This document shows, in pieces, positions 36,440 to 44,911 of a DNA stretch of 64,000 bases. Under the pieces are notes generated by a model. That model had not been told where the DNA came from and ran no database searches. It saw only the letters and a list, made by a program, of their open reading frames with translations. The stretch's first letter is position 1. Each line of letters begins with the position of its first letter. The translations under genes and the position numbers were made by a program. This DNA is from Microgenomates group bacterium (GTDB lineage Bacteria > Patescibacteriota > Microgenomatia > UBA1400 > MFAQ01), in assembly GCA_049303575.1 (NCBI GenBank), contig JBAQNH010000002.1:572541-636540 (forward strand), in the 5' to 3' direction.

Positions 36440-36463
36440 CAAAATAAAGATATAATATCCACC

Positions 36464-37264
36464 ATGAAACTAACCGTAAAGGAAATAAAAAACAATACCG
36501 CCTATATCGAGGCCGTTTTAACAGAAGCTGAGGTTGCCTCTGAAAAAGAGCATGCCGTAGACGAATTAATAAGCACCGTCACTGTCAAAGGATTCCGTCA
36601 AGGTAAAGCGCCCAAATCCATTGCAGCCGAACACGTCGATCCTGATAAGCTCTCAAACCATATCTTAAGTCATGTTTTAAACAACATCGTCAGTAGTGCT
36701 CTGAAAGAAAACAAGTACCGACTCCTTGGCAGACCGGTTCTCGAAAATATCGATTCCAAAGAAAACAAAGGTTGGGTAATCAAGCTCTCTTTGCCCCTTT
36801 TCCCAGAAATAAATGTCGAAAACTACCAAAAACTATTTACCAAAATAAAGACAAAAGAGGCCAAACCAAAAACAGAAGAAGAAAGAGTAGAAAAAATCTA
36901 CCAAACACTTCTGGATAATATCAAGGTTGAAGTTCCCGAATCCGTCGTCGAAGAAGAGGTTAACTATAGTCTCGAAAGACTCGAAACCCAAGCCAAAACC
37001 CTTAACCTGACCCTGGAAAACTACCTTAAGGCTGTCAAAAAAACCATCGACCAAGTCAAGTCTGAGTATTCAAAAAGAGCGGAAGAATCAATCAAATTAG
37101 ATTTAATTCTCCTAGAAATTGCTAAGGTAGAAAAAATCGATACTACAAACCAAGAAATTAAAGAAGTAGCCAAGGCCGGTGGGGTACCTGAAAACCAACT
37201 TGCTCAACTAAAAACAATCATCAATCGTCGCAAGACCATTGAAATATTACTAAAACTTTGTTAA
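36464..37264 (+). CDS. tig: Trigger factor-like chaperone, short form (N-terminal ribosome-binding domain and C-terminal arm; the PPIase domain appears absent)
   Basis: MKLTVKEIKNNTAYIEAVLTEAEV...VTVKGFRQGKAPKSIAAEHV is the trigger-factor N-domain with the GFRxGxxP ribosome-binding motif. The ORF-track start at 36371 lies inside the tRNA, so the internal Met is chosen. Confidence 0.6.
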   Translation: MKLTVKEIKNNTAYIEAVLTEAEVASEKEHAVDELISTVTVKGFRQGKAPKSIAAEHVDPDKLSNHILSHVLNNIVSSALKENKYRLLGRPVLENIDSKENKGWVIKLSLPLFPEINVENYQKLFTKIKTKEAKPKTEEERVEKIYQTLLDNIKVEVPESVVEEEVNYSLERLETQAKTLNLTLENYLKAVKKTIDQVKSEYSKRAEESIKLDLILLEIAKVEKIDTTNQEIKEVAKAGGVPENQLAQLKTIINRRKTIEILLKLC

Positions 37265-37274
37265 CTTAATTCAG

Positions 37275-37832
37275 ATGGGACAAAACTGGACGGGTTCAGC
37301 TGGAAACAGCACCGGTAACATAAAGATCCAAAATTTTTTGGAAGCCCTTCGCAATTCTCAATCTGGGACGGCTCCCGTCGGAAAGACTGAAGCCCAACCA
37401 GCAAGAAACGTCTTTGCAGAAATTCAGGCAAAAAAGGAGATCGAACTGAAGAGAATTGAACAGTTCCAACATCAAAGAAACCAGGAATGGAACAAGGTTT
37501 TTTCCTCAAAAGAAGTTCAAACTGAAAAAAAGATCGAGTATATTAGGGAACAGCTTCAAAAACTAAGCAAACAGCTTAAAAGACTGGACAAAAATATCGT
37601 CAAGGCAGTTGAGTCTCCAGTTGTCACTTACGGTATGTATCAAGAAAATTTTCTTGAGCATATCCAAAAAATAATTCGTCTCTACAGCCTCAAGGTAAAC
37701 AGTGCCAATAGTTGGCTGGAAATGTATCAAAGTAGATCAAGGAAACAAGGCGCTTACTGGGGAATGGCTAAATCAAAAGGAAGCTCGTTTACCCAAAATA
37801 ATGAGCGTAATATCGCAACTTCCGTAGGCTAA
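37275..37832 (+). CDS. Hypothetical protein (185 aa)
   Basis: Charged coiled-coil-like sequence. No domain recognised. Confidence 0.4.
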   Translation: MGQNWTGSAGNSTGNIKIQNFLEALRNSQSGTAPVGKTEAQPARNVFAEIQAKKEIELKRIEQFQHQRNQEWNKVFSSKEVQTEKKIEYIREQLQKLSKQLKRLDKNIVKAVESPVVTYGMYQENFLEHIQKIIRLYSLKVNSANSWLEMYQSRSRKQGAYWGMAKSKGSSFTQNNERNIATSVG

Positions 37833-37867
37833 TAAAAATCTCACCAACGAGGATGAGATTTATATTG

Positions 37868-37941
37868 TGGGCCCGACTGGACTCGAACCAGTGACCTCTG
37901 CAATGTCAATGCAGCGCTCTAGCCAGCTGAGCTACGAGCCC
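37868..37941 (-). tRNA. tRNA-Val (anticodon GAC)
   Basis: Reverse complement GGGCTCGTAGCTCAGCTGGCTAGAGC..., anticodon stem CTGCA/TGCAG with loop TTGACAT, T-arm ACTGGTTCGAGTCCAGT. Confidence 0.85.
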
Positions 37942-38037
37942 AACATTGGTATTTTACCATCCCAAGGAGTTTTTTTCATCTCACCCTGAACCTAAATCTG
38001 TAGTAAAATACAATCATTAATTTATATATAAAACAAA

Positions 38038-38544
38038 TTGGGTAAATATTACCGTACCAATCAGAACATCAGATATCCCGAGGTAAGAGTTATCGACGAA
38101 GATAACAAACAACTGGGAATTATGTCCACCAAAGAAGCTCTCGAACGGGCTGTTGCTTTGGGACTTGATCTAGTGGAAATCACCGAAAAAGCTACTCCTC
38201 CCATCGTCAAAATTATCGAATTTCAAAAGTTTAAATACCAGGAAGACAAGAGAGACAAAGCCGGATCCAACAAGGGCGGCCAAGAAACTAAAGAAATCCG
38301 CCTCAAGCCTTTTATGCAGGAAAACGATCTGGGCGTGAAGGTTAGACAAGCTGAAAAGTTCCTAAAGGCTGGTGATAGAGTCAAATTAGTGGTAAAATTC
38401 CAGGGAAGGCAAATCACCAAGAAAGAATTTGGAGAAAAAGTAATGAACCAAGCCATAACAGGCTTGGCCGAAGTCTCAACGGTGGCTGAAGCTCCCAAGT
38501 TCCTTGGAAAGCTTCTCATTGCTCAAGTGAAACCAAAAAAATAA
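38038..38544 (+). CDS. infC: Translation initiation factor IF-3
   Basis: TTG start. INQNIRYPEVRVIDEDNKQLGIMSTKEALERAVALGLDLVEI...KFQGRQITKKEFG. Followed by rpmI-rplT in the conserved order. Confidence 0.9.
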   Translation: MGKYYRTNQNIRYPEVRVIDEDNKQLGIMSTKEALERAVALGLDLVEITEKATPPIVKIIEFQKFKYQEDKRDKAGSNKGGQETKEIRLKPFMQENDLGVKVRQAEKFLKAGDRVKLVVKFQGRQITKKEFGEKVMNQAITGLAEVSTVAEAPKFLGKLLIAQVKPKK

Positions 38545-38555
38545 CCTTAAAGTCA

Positions 38556-38756
38556 ATGTCAAAAACAAAGCAAAAGACAAGAAAAATTGTCATGAAACGA
38601 TTTAAGATTACCGGAACCGGTAAGGTCTTACGTCGCAGCCCTTACATGCGCCATTTACGTAGAAAAAAGAGCAAAAAGCTCATCAGACGATACCGACACT
38701 ACCAAGAGGTAACCGGTAAAATCGCTACCAAAATTAAGCAAATGCTTCATTTATAA
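38556..38756 (+). CDS. rpmI: 50S ribosomal protein L35
   Basis: 66-aa highly basic MSKTKQKTRKIVMKRFKITGTGKVLRR... In the infC-rpmI-rplT context. Confidence 0.9.
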   Translation: MSKTKQKTRKIVMKRFKITGTGKVLRRSPYMRHLRRKKSKKLIRRYRHYQEVTGKIATKIKQMLHL

Positions 38757-38773
38757 ACCACTAGAAATCGAAA

Positions 38774-39130
38774 ATGCCAAGAGTTAAAACAGGTACTGTC
38801 CGCCATAAAGGACACAAAAAAGTCTTCGCCCTCGCCAAAGGTTTCCGCATGACCAGAAACCGCTTGTATAAGGTTGCCTCAGAAGCCACCATACACGCTG
38901 GTCAATACGCCTACAACGGCCGCAAGGAAAGAAAACAAACTATGAGAATCACTTGGATCTCTCGTATCAACGCTGCTCTTTCCAGTATTGCTGAAGCCCC
39001 CAAATACGGAGTTTTCATCAAGAAATTAATCGACAAAAAGATTAAATTGAACCGTAAGGTTCTTTCAGCTCTTGCTGTCAACCTTCCCGAAGCCTTCCAA
39101 AACGTCGTTTCCTTTACCGACAAAAAATAA
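38774..39130 (+). CDS. rplT: 50S ribosomal protein L20
   Basis: MPRVKTGTVRHKGHKKVFALAKGFRMTRNRLYKVASEATIHAGQYAYNGRKERK... is canonical L20. Confidence 0.9.
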   Translation: MPRVKTGTVRHKGHKKVFALAKGFRMTRNRLYKVASEATIHAGQYAYNGRKERKQTMRITWISRINAALSSIAEAPKYGVFIKKLIDKKIKLNRKVLSALAVNLPEAFQNVVSFTDKK

Positions 39131-39131
39131 C

Positions 39132-39180
39132 CGGGGAGTTAAACACGTCAATTTAAACTCCCCGAACAGGGGAGTTTTTG
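39132..39180 (+). promoter_or_regulatory. Candidate attenuator between rplT and pheS: a long hairpin (GGGGAGTTAAA...TTTAAACTCCCC) overlapping an alternative terminator hairpin (ACTCCCC-gaaca-GGGGAGT followed by TTTTT)
   Basis: Two mutually exclusive stem-loops share the ACTCCCC segment (39157-39163). The second is followed by a T-run. Read directly from the sequence. Confidence 0.45.
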
Positions 39181-39195
39181 TTATCATTAAGTACG

Positions 39196-40224
39196 ATGGC
39201 CATTAATTATAAAGAAACCATTGAAGGGATAAAAAAGCGTTTTGCTAAGGATCTTTCCGGTGTAAACACGGTTAAAGATCTTGAACTGCTCGAGGTCAAG
39301 TATCTCGGCAGACAAGGCGAAATCAACCTGCTTTTCAAAACCTTACCCCTAAAAGATGACCCCCGCATTGGTAAAGCTATAAATGACCTAAAAAATTATT
39401 CTCAGCAGCAACTCTCCGACAAACTCTCCCTTTTATTGAATCAGACTCCAAAAGATACTTTTGACGTCACCATTCCCGGTACTCCGCTTCCCAAAGGCAC
39501 CAGGCACCTCATTACCCAAGCCATTGAAGAAATTGAGGACATTTTTACCAGACTGGGATTCGTCAGACGCCGCTACCCTGAAGTGGAGACAGACTGGTAT
39601 TATGCCGAGGGATTAAACATTCCCAAAAACCATCCGGCCAGAGACGATCAAGAAACCTTCTATGTTGCCGATGACGTTGTTCTCACGGCTCACACCAGTA
39701 ATGGTCAGCTCAGAGAAATGGAAAGGGTCAAAACACCTCCCATAAAAATGATCAACATCGGCAAAACCTATCGCCGCCAGGCGGATACTTCTCACAGCAC
39801 GATGTTTCATCAATTTGAAGGACTTCTTGTCGACAAAAACATCAATATCACTCACCTGGTAGGGGTCATGGATTACTTTGCCAAATCCTTCTTCGGCAAC
39901 GACAGAACCATTCGACTTCGCCCACATCATTTTCAATTCACCGAACCCAGCTTTGAAATCGACATTAGTTGTGGTCTTTGCCATGGTACTGGAGTAATCA
40001 AAAACTCTCCTTGTAAATTTTGTAAATCCGGCTGGCTTGAACTCGGTGGTTCCGGCATGGTCCACCCCAACGTACTCAAAAATGGTGGCCTTGATCCCGA
40101 AATTTATTCGGGGTTTGCCTTCGGTTGGGGAGTAGAGCGTGTTCTTATGATGAAGTCCGGACTCAATTTACCCGACCTTAGACTTTTATACACCGATGAT
40201 CTGCGCTTTTTAAAACAATTCTAA
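39196..40224 (+). CDS. pheS: Phenylalanine--tRNA ligase alpha subunit
   Basis: Class II aaRS motifs (FHQFEGLLVDKNINITHL, GWGVERVLMM) and inserted zinc-ribbon CGLCHGTG...CKFCKSG. Start at the internal Met (MAINYKE). Confidence 0.9.
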   Translation: MAINYKETIEGIKKRFAKDLSGVNTVKDLELLEVKYLGRQGEINLLFKTLPLKDDPRIGKAINDLKNYSQQQLSDKLSLLLNQTPKDTFDVTIPGTPLPKGTRHLITQAIEEIEDIFTRLGFVRRRYPEVETDWYYAEGLNIPKNHPARDDQETFYVADDVVLTAHTSNGQLREMERVKTPPIKMINIGKTYRRQADTSHSTMFHQFEGLLVDKNINITHLVGVMDYFAKSFFGNDRTIRLRPHHFQFTEPSFEIDISCGLCHGTGVIKNSPCKFCKSGWLELGGSGMVHPNVLKNGGLDPEIYSGFAFGWGVERVLMMKSGLNLPDLRLLYTDDLRFLKQF

Positions 40225-40225
40225 T

Positions 40226-42211
40226 ATGGACATCAAAATAACCGACAAATCCCTTCGTTACTTTTTAGACACTCCTCTCACGCCGGAAGAGTTGGCTCAC
40301 GACATTAGCCTCTGTGGTCCCACTTTTGATAGAGTCAGTAAGATCGACGGCGATTATCTCTACGAAATTGAAGTCATCACTAACCGTATCGACACCGCCA
40401 GCGCCCAGGGGATAGCTAGAGACTCCGCCGCTATCCTCAACCAAATGGGTATTAAATCTAAGTTGCTCCACGATCCATATCTCGAAAAAATCAATCTTTA
40501 CCCCAATCTTTCTAAAACATTTCATTTTGAAATTTCAGACAACTCCTTGGTTCCTCGCTTCACCGCAGTCTCTCTGGAAAACGTCAACATTCAAAACTCT
40601 CCCAAAGATACCCAATCACTTCTCTCTCTTTGTGGCGAAAGACCAATAAATAATGCTGTCGATATCACCAATGAACTTACTCTACTTTACGGTTTACCTG
40701 GTCATATTTTCGATTTGGACAAGTTGGCTGCTCAAAAACTCACTATCCGTGAAAGCAAGAACGGTGAGGAAGTAGCTACCCTTGATGGCCAAAATAACAA
40801 ACTTAAAGGAGGAGACTTGGTTATCGAAGACGGAGCCGGCAGACTCGTTGATCTTTGCGGCGTCATGGGTGGATCTGTCGCCGAAGTCGATCAGCACACC
40901 AAAAACATTCTTTTAATTTTTCCTGTCTATCAGCCAAGCAAGGTCAGGCGCACATCTCTATATCTTCAAAAAAGAACTTTGGCTTCTCAAATTTATGAAA
41001 AACAACCGGATACTGAACTTTGTTTACCGGTACTTATGAATGCCATTAAGCTTTTTGGAGAAAGAACTGGTTCTCGCGTATCCTCCGCCGTTTATGATAG
41101 TAATCCGCTACCACCAAAAGCCAAAGAAATTCTTCTTGATATCAACTGGGCTAATAATCTCATCGGAATCCAAATTTCACCCAAAACAGTAGTCTCAATC
41201 TTAGAGAGTCTTGGTTTTTCCGTCAAAAACAAAGACCAAAATCAAATAATTTGTACTGTTCCCAGCTGGAGAAGATACGATATCGATATCAAAGAGGACT
41301 TAGTTGAGGAGATTGCCAGAGTTTACGGTTACTCCAAACTTCCCCCGACGCTTCCTTGTGTAAATCTTCCTCCGGAAGCAAAAAATAAATTACTCAATAC
41401 GGAGTCAAAAACAAAAACCCTTCTTTCTGCCCAAGGTTTCAATGAAGTTTATAACAACTCTTTGGTTTCCCTGGATCTAATTGAAAAGACCATGCTCAAA
41501 GAAGCGTCGCATTTAAAACTGAACAACGCGCTTTCCAAAGATTATGAATATCTCCGAACCTCTCTAGTTCCCTCAATACTCCAGAACATCAAAAACAACC
41601 AGGGAAAAACCGAAGAGCCATTTTATTTTTATGAGCTCTCTAATGTTTACCTCTCGACAGGAGAAAAACTTCCTCAGGAAAACTCCATGCTCGTGATTGG
41701 TACAACAGTTTCTTTCCGCCTTGCCAAAGGTCATCTAGCCCTCCTCTTTGAACATCTAAATGTCGGAAAATACAAATTCAAATCTTCAACCTCCTGTCCA
41801 GTTTATTTTGTTGCCGAAAACACGGCCGTGATTAACTCCGGTGACTCAGTCATAGGATTTATCGGTTCCATAAAACCGGCCATCTTGCACAATTTGGGTA
41901 TCACCTCAGACCCGATTATTGTTGAGATTGATGCACAGAAACTTGCCGACTCGATTTCCGAAAACTATATTTATAAACCCATTTCTGATTTTCCCGACGT
42001 TGTCGAGCAAATAACCATAAGCTCAAACGAAAGGGTAGGGGACATCATCGAAAAAATTCGCTCTGCCAACAAATTGATTAAGGACATTAGCTATCTAGAT
42101 TCGTTTGAAAAAAATCATTCCTTCAAAATAATCTTTTCTTCACCAGACAAAAATCTTACCCAATCCGAAGTGAACGATGTTAAAAAAATCATCAAAGCAC
42201 TCTTTGATTAA
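40226..42211 (+). CDS. pheT: Phenylalanine--tRNA ligase beta subunit (short, 661 aa)
   Basis: Immediately follows pheS. Has the B3/B4 and B5 regions typical of PheT. The N-terminal tRNA-binding domain appears reduced. Confidence 0.85.
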   Translation: MDIKITDKSLRYFLDTPLTPEELAHDISLCGPTFDRVSKIDGDYLYEIEVITNRIDTASAQGIARDSAAILNQMGIKSKLLHDPYLEKINLYPNLSKTFHFEISDNSLVPRFTAVSLENVNIQNSPKDTQSLLSLCGERPINNAVDITNELTLLYGLPGHIFDLDKLAAQKLTIRESKNGEEVATLDGQNNKLKGGDLVIEDGAGRLVDLCGVMGGSVAEVDQHTKNILLIFPVYQPSKVRRTSLYLQKRTLASQIYEKQPDTELCLPVLMNAIKLFGERTGSRVSSAVYDSNPLPPKAKEILLDINWANNLIGIQISPKTVVSILESLGFSVKNKDQNQIICTVPSWRRYDIDIKEDLVEEIARVYGYSKLPPTLPCVNLPPEAKNKLLNTESKTKTLLSAQGFNEVYNNSLVSLDLIEKTMLKEASHLKLNNALSKDYEYLRTSLVPSILQNIKNNQGKTEEPFYFYELSNVYLSTGEKLPQENSMLVIGTTVSFRLAKGHLALLFEHLNVGKYKFKSSTSCPVYFVAENTAVINSGDSVIGFIGSIKPAILHNLGITSDPIIVEIDAQKLADSISENYIYKPISDFPDVVEQITISSNERVGDIIEKIRSANKLIKDISYLDSFEKNHSFKIIFSSPDKNLTQSEVNDVKKIIKALFD

Positions 42212-42221
42212 TTGAAGCAGG

Positions 42222-44765
42222 TTATGGTGTCGGAGTTGGTGTCGGTTCCACCCAATCAGTATTTACCCCAAAGTTATGTGTTTTTGATTCTTCCTTACCT
42301 TCGTTATTTCGAGCACTCACTCTTACAGAGTGTTGTCCGGTTGAAAGCGAAATCGCCCTGCTTAAATACGGCTCTTCCGTAAACGTCTGTTCCAGTGTGT
42401 CGTCAACAAATAGTTTCACCTCCACAATTGGTTTAGAACTAACCACAGTAGCTCTAAAAGTCACCGAATCACCATTTACCCTTGAGCGGTCACCCGGGGA
42501 CACAATCTGAATATCCATTGAAGAAGTGGCACCACAAACCTCCGTTGGTGGTTTATAAAGAGAGTCTGTTTGCTTCACAATCCATTCGTTAATTCCCCTC
42601 TGCCACAGTCCTTTGGCCGTTAAGGGGTCATTTTCTTTTATTACCACATACTCTTTCTCATCGTAATTTCCTTGAGAAACGGATATCGGATCGGCAAGCT
42701 TATTTGGATCGGACTTACACACTTTCAATTTCGTGTGAATCATGTCCGGACCACTGGGTACACTGCCGTTGATAAACCATTCTTTATAAGAAGCAAATCC
42801 ATCGTGTGCTGGGAAACCGGAGATTCTATCCACTTCAATTTGACTGACTCCATCCGGAGGAGTAAACGGTTTATCCGGACGTTTGGTCAAGGCATCCAAT
42901 ATTTCTCGTCTCCAGATTGGGGCAGCACCGGATACACCGGATGCTACATTTCTCATTTTATCGTTGTTATTATTTCCCACCCAAACACCCACAATAGTGT
43001 CTCTACTCCAACCAACCGTCCAGTTATCACGCAGGTCATTCGTTGTACCAGTCTTCACGGCCACGGCTCTACTCCCTAAATTCAGATAAGAGTTTGGACC
43101 AAAAGTTAATAATCTGGCATTGTTATCAGACAATATTGAATTAATTAAAAAGCCTACGCGCTCATCCAACACCTTTTCTTTTCTCAACTCTTTGTTTTCG
43201 AAAATTACTTTTCCGGTATTGTCCTCAATTCTCAAAATAGCTACTGGCTCAACTTTTAGTCCTCCGTTGACAAACACACTGTAAGCCGACACCATATCGA
43301 TAAGTTTAATGTCTGCACCTCCCAAAGCCATTGATAAACCCACACGGGAAAGAGTTTCTTTTGTCGGCGTAAGAGTCGTAAATCCCATTTTGTATCCTTG
43401 ACTTAATACTTCTTCAACTCCAACCAAAGCCAACAGTTTGACCGCCGGAATATTAATAGAGCTCGCGAGCGACTCCCGAAGATGAAGCAAACCATGTTCC
43501 TTGCCATCGTAGTTTTTGGGAATGTAAGGTGTGTTTTCATCTTTACCGGGGAACTCCGTTATTACATCGGCCAACACCGAAGCAGGGGAGTATCCTTTGG
43601 CAAAAGCAGTCGCATAAACCAACGGTTTTATCGACGATCCTGGTTGTCTTTGTCTCATGGTTACATTTACCTCACCATCAATTGTTTTATCAAAGAAATC
43701 TTTAGAGCCAACCATGCTTAAAATCTCGCCCGTATTTGTATCCAACATTATCGAAGCACCGTTGCTTATATTCAAACTCTTCGATACTTTATCAATTTCC
43801 TCTCTAACAATAGCTTCTGCTTTTTCTTGCAAAGACCAGTCCAGACTGGTAATTACTTTTAGCCCACCCACATCCAAAACATTTGTTCCGTAACTGTCTT
43901 CAAGAATTTGTTTTATGTACATCACAAAATGAGGAGCTTTGATCTTTGTCCCCAAACCTCTAAAGACCACCTTGTCCAACTCTGACACCACCTGTATCTC
44001 TTGTTCTTTAGTGATTTTTTCATCCTCGCGCATTCTTCTGGCCACTTCTTTGGCTCTTGGAACATATGCTAAAGGTTCACCAATATAGGGAGAGTATCTG
44101 GAAGGGGACTGTGGTAGTCCGGCCAAGATAACGCTCTCTGTTAAATTAAGATCTTTAACTGCTTTTCCAAAATATTGTTCTGCCGCTGCCGCTACTCCGG
44201 CAGTACCACCTCCGTAAGGAACCTCATTAAGGTACATCTGTAAAATCTCATCTTTGGAATAGGTTTTTTCAATTCGCACCGATAAAACAAACTCTCTTAT
44301 TTTTCTGGAAATCTTTCTTTCATTTGTCAGCAGTACCGTTTTGACCAACTGCTGAGTGATTGTTGATCCACCAATCAATCTCTGATTCACAATTACGTTC
44401 TTAATAATACGAGGAATTGCTAAGGGATCAAAACCTTTGTGCTTATAAAAATCCTTATCTTCTATGGAAATTGTGGCATCTCTGAGGCTCTGTGGTACCT
44501 CAGAAAGGGGAGTAAACCGACGATCTTGGTCAGTAATCACGTCGTACAAAACAGTCTCTCCAGTACGATCCAAAATCTCCGTCGAAAAACCAGACTGTCT
44601 TTGTACCTTTCCTGGATCAGGTAATCCCCGAGAGTACCAGGCAAAAACAATAACCGTCAAAATAGAAATACCCACCAAACCAAAGAAAACAATTTTTCCC
44701 CAATTATATTTACTTATATATCTACTTAAAAGTGGACTAAGATTCAATCGCTTCCTTCTATACAT
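42222..44765 (-). CDS. Penicillin-binding protein 1A (bifunctional glycosyltransferase/transpeptidase)
   Basis: N-terminal TM anchor. GT51 motifs (EDKDFYKHKGFD, GGSTITQQLVK). Transpeptidase SxxK (QPGSSIKP), SxN and KTGT(T) motifs. C-terminal extra domain. Confidence 0.85.
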   Translation of the reverse strand: MYRRKRLNLSPLLSRYISKYNWGKIVFFGLVGISILTVIVFAWYSRGLPDPGKVQRQSGFSTEILDRTGETVLYDVITDQDRRFTPLSEVPQSLRDATISIEDKDFYKHKGFDPLAIPRIIKNVIVNQRLIGGSTITQQLVKTVLLTNERKISRKIREFVLSVRIEKTYSKDEILQMYLNEVPYGGGTAGVAAAAEQYFGKAVKDLNLTESVILAGLPQSPSRYSPYIGEPLAYVPRAKEVARRMREDEKITKEQEIQVVSELDKVVFRGLGTKIKAPHFVMYIKQILEDSYGTNVLDVGGLKVITSLDWSLQEKAEAIVREEIDKVSKSLNISNGASIMLDTNTGEILSMVGSKDFFDKTIDGEVNVTMRQRQPGSSIKPLVYATAFAKGYSPASVLADVITEFPGKDENTPYIPKNYDGKEHGLLHLRESLASSINIPAVKLLALVGVEEVLSQGYKMGFTTLTPTKETLSRVGLSMALGGADIKLIDMVSAYSVFVNGGLKVEPVAILRIEDNTGKVIFENKELRKEKVLDERVGFLINSILSDNNARLLTFGPNSYLNLGSRAVAVKTGTTNDLRDNWTVGWSRDTIVGVWVGNNNNDKMRNVASGVSGAAPIWRREILDALTKRPDKPFTPPDGVSQIEVDRISGFPAHDGFASYKEWFINGSVPSGPDMIHTKLKVCKSDPNKLADPISVSQGNYDEKEYVVIKENDPLTAKGLWQRGINEWIVKQTDSLYKPPTEVCGATSSMDIQIVSPGDRSRVNGDSVTFRATVVSSKPIVEVKLFVDDTLEQTFTEEPYLSRAISLSTGQHSVRVSARNNEGKEESKTHNFGVNTDWVEPTPTPTP

Positions 44766-44815
44766 ATTTTATTTGAATACAATAATATTATAATAACTTA
44801 TATTCGCCAAAACAT

Positions 44816-44911
44816 ATGACTAAAAGAAAAAGAAAAATCTACACGGCCATTATCTTCATCGGCTCACTGGCCCTGGTTCTTACAACCTTCATCTCGGCCT
44901 TTATCTACTAA
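44816..44911 (+). CDS. Possible 31-aa single-TM peptide translationally coupled to recG (TAA then ATG)
   Basis: MTKRKRKIYTAIIFIGSLALVLTTFISAFIY. The stop abuts the recG ATG. No clear SD, so low confidence. Confidence 0.3.
   Translation: MTKRKRKIYTAIIFIGSLALVLTTFISAFIY

Noticed and set aside
36371-36463. N-terminal extension of the trigger-factor ORF (MVDTIGLGPIALKSVEVQVLSS...)
   Set aside because: The extension is the translation of tRNA-Leu(TAG). The real start is the internal Met at 36464.
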